From Eledone cirrhosa (taxonomy: Eukaryota), in the NCBI GenBank assembly GCA_964016885.1, contig OZ024758.1, positions 18,724,001-18,788,000 on the forward strand: DNA of 64,000 nt, given 5' to 3'. The translations under genes were made by a program, and so were the position numbers. Shown piece after piece: positions 62,809 through 64,000 of this stretch. Each line of letters opens with the position of its first letter. Within the stretch, counting starts at the first letter, position 1. The notes beneath the pieces were generated by a model that made no database searches, was not told the origin of the DNA, and saw only the letters and a program-made list of their open reading frames with translations.

Positions 62809-64000
62809 TTATGGAGGTTCCCAAACAAAAACCCATATCCCGGGGACTATGCTCTGATTTACGCGAAATTTGATTTATTCCAGTTATATTCCCATTTCAG
62901 TCTCAACTTCCTTTCAAAGTATTTTCCCATTATGCGGTCTTTTGGCTGTATTAAATTACAAACCAGAAAGCAAACAATCACAGAGTTTTAGTAATATATA
63001 GATAGATAGATACTTTACTATCTAATTGTAAATTCAAGTTAATATCACAGGCTCGCTTTACCTTTGAACAAAGAACTGGAGTTCTCATTCTCGAGCTCAA
63101 TTGACGTTTATGAAGAAGAACTGCGATTATGACGGCTAATGTATTCAGAAATGATCATCACCACATTTGTTGATGGTTGTTGTATGACAAACAAAAGGTG
63201 TAGGATGGTTTGAACTCAGAAACGGGTTGCATATCATTGTTGATATTGTGATATCCAATTACTTTTTAAGTATATTGGTCGATGCACTTGAAGTATGGTG
63301 AATTATTAAAAATCCATTTGATTCAACTATAACGAGACATTTTCCTAAGCCAACATCATTGCTAACAGGAATATATTTCAATAGTTTAGCTTAAAATAGC
63401 TTGCTTTATTTATTGGCGATTTCAATGAGATGTAAGGATCTAGCCCACTTATTTCCCTATATTTGTAAACATTTAATGTTTTTTTTATGTTATACATTGA
63501 AAAAATCACATATTTGTAATTAAAACCAGTATTGAAATGAAGTCAGATATTTTAATCAAATAATTTTCTGGAAGGTAAAATATAAAAACTATTAAATTTC
63601 AAATTACGAAAAAAAAATTATATGCTTTTTTCTAGAATTCTACTGTAAAAATAAAATAAAAATGCAAATAATATAAAAAAGTATCCAATTAAAAAGTAAT
63701 AAATAAAAACTAGTTTTAATGTTTGCATTTTTTTAGGTGAAAATCAGCTTCGAAATAGGGAAAATATAGTGATGAATTTTCGAATGTATTTTTCACTTTT
63801 GCTTTAATTTAGATTTCATTTCTTTAGATACACTGTAAACAATTATAAGGATAGTGTTATAGAACTCCAAGCTATTATCGTACGAAAATAAAGAACATCA
63901 TAAAACCAAAAAATACAGTGTTGATAGTCTGAAGCAATACATGACTAGTAATATTATATATTTTGTGGATGGGTGAGAGAATCATGGTGTTAAAACAAAC

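Overview
AT-rich, repeat-saturated animal genomic DNA with no host protein-coding gene I can recognise. The SINE families and microsatellite style suggest an octopus or other cephalopod (inference). Nearly all long ORFs in the track are translations of (TA)n, (CA)n or (GA)n repeats. Recognisable content: (i) about 20 tRNA-derived SINE copies from two families, several with target-site duplications; (ii) decayed non-LTR retrotransposons, namely RTE-like pieces (one with a 5' inversion at 53.3-55.4 kb), an R4/Dong-like piece at 14.2-15.1 kb and Penelope-like GIY-YIG remnants at 46.8-48.2 kb; (iii) mini- and microsatellites. The main hidden signal is a dense set of minimal type-I hammerhead ribozyme motifs: helix I - CUGANGA - helix II - GAAA - short palindromic helix III - UH - helix I'. 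About 14 have traceable full topology and 7 have an unmutated CUGANGA/GAAA core. They sit in short non-coding Penelope-pLTR-like elements, mostly embedded in (TA)n tracts. These elements recur as fold-back structures whose symmetry centres or breakpoints repeatedly fall in ribozyme helix II. Base-pairings were traced by eye; no folding or database searches were run.
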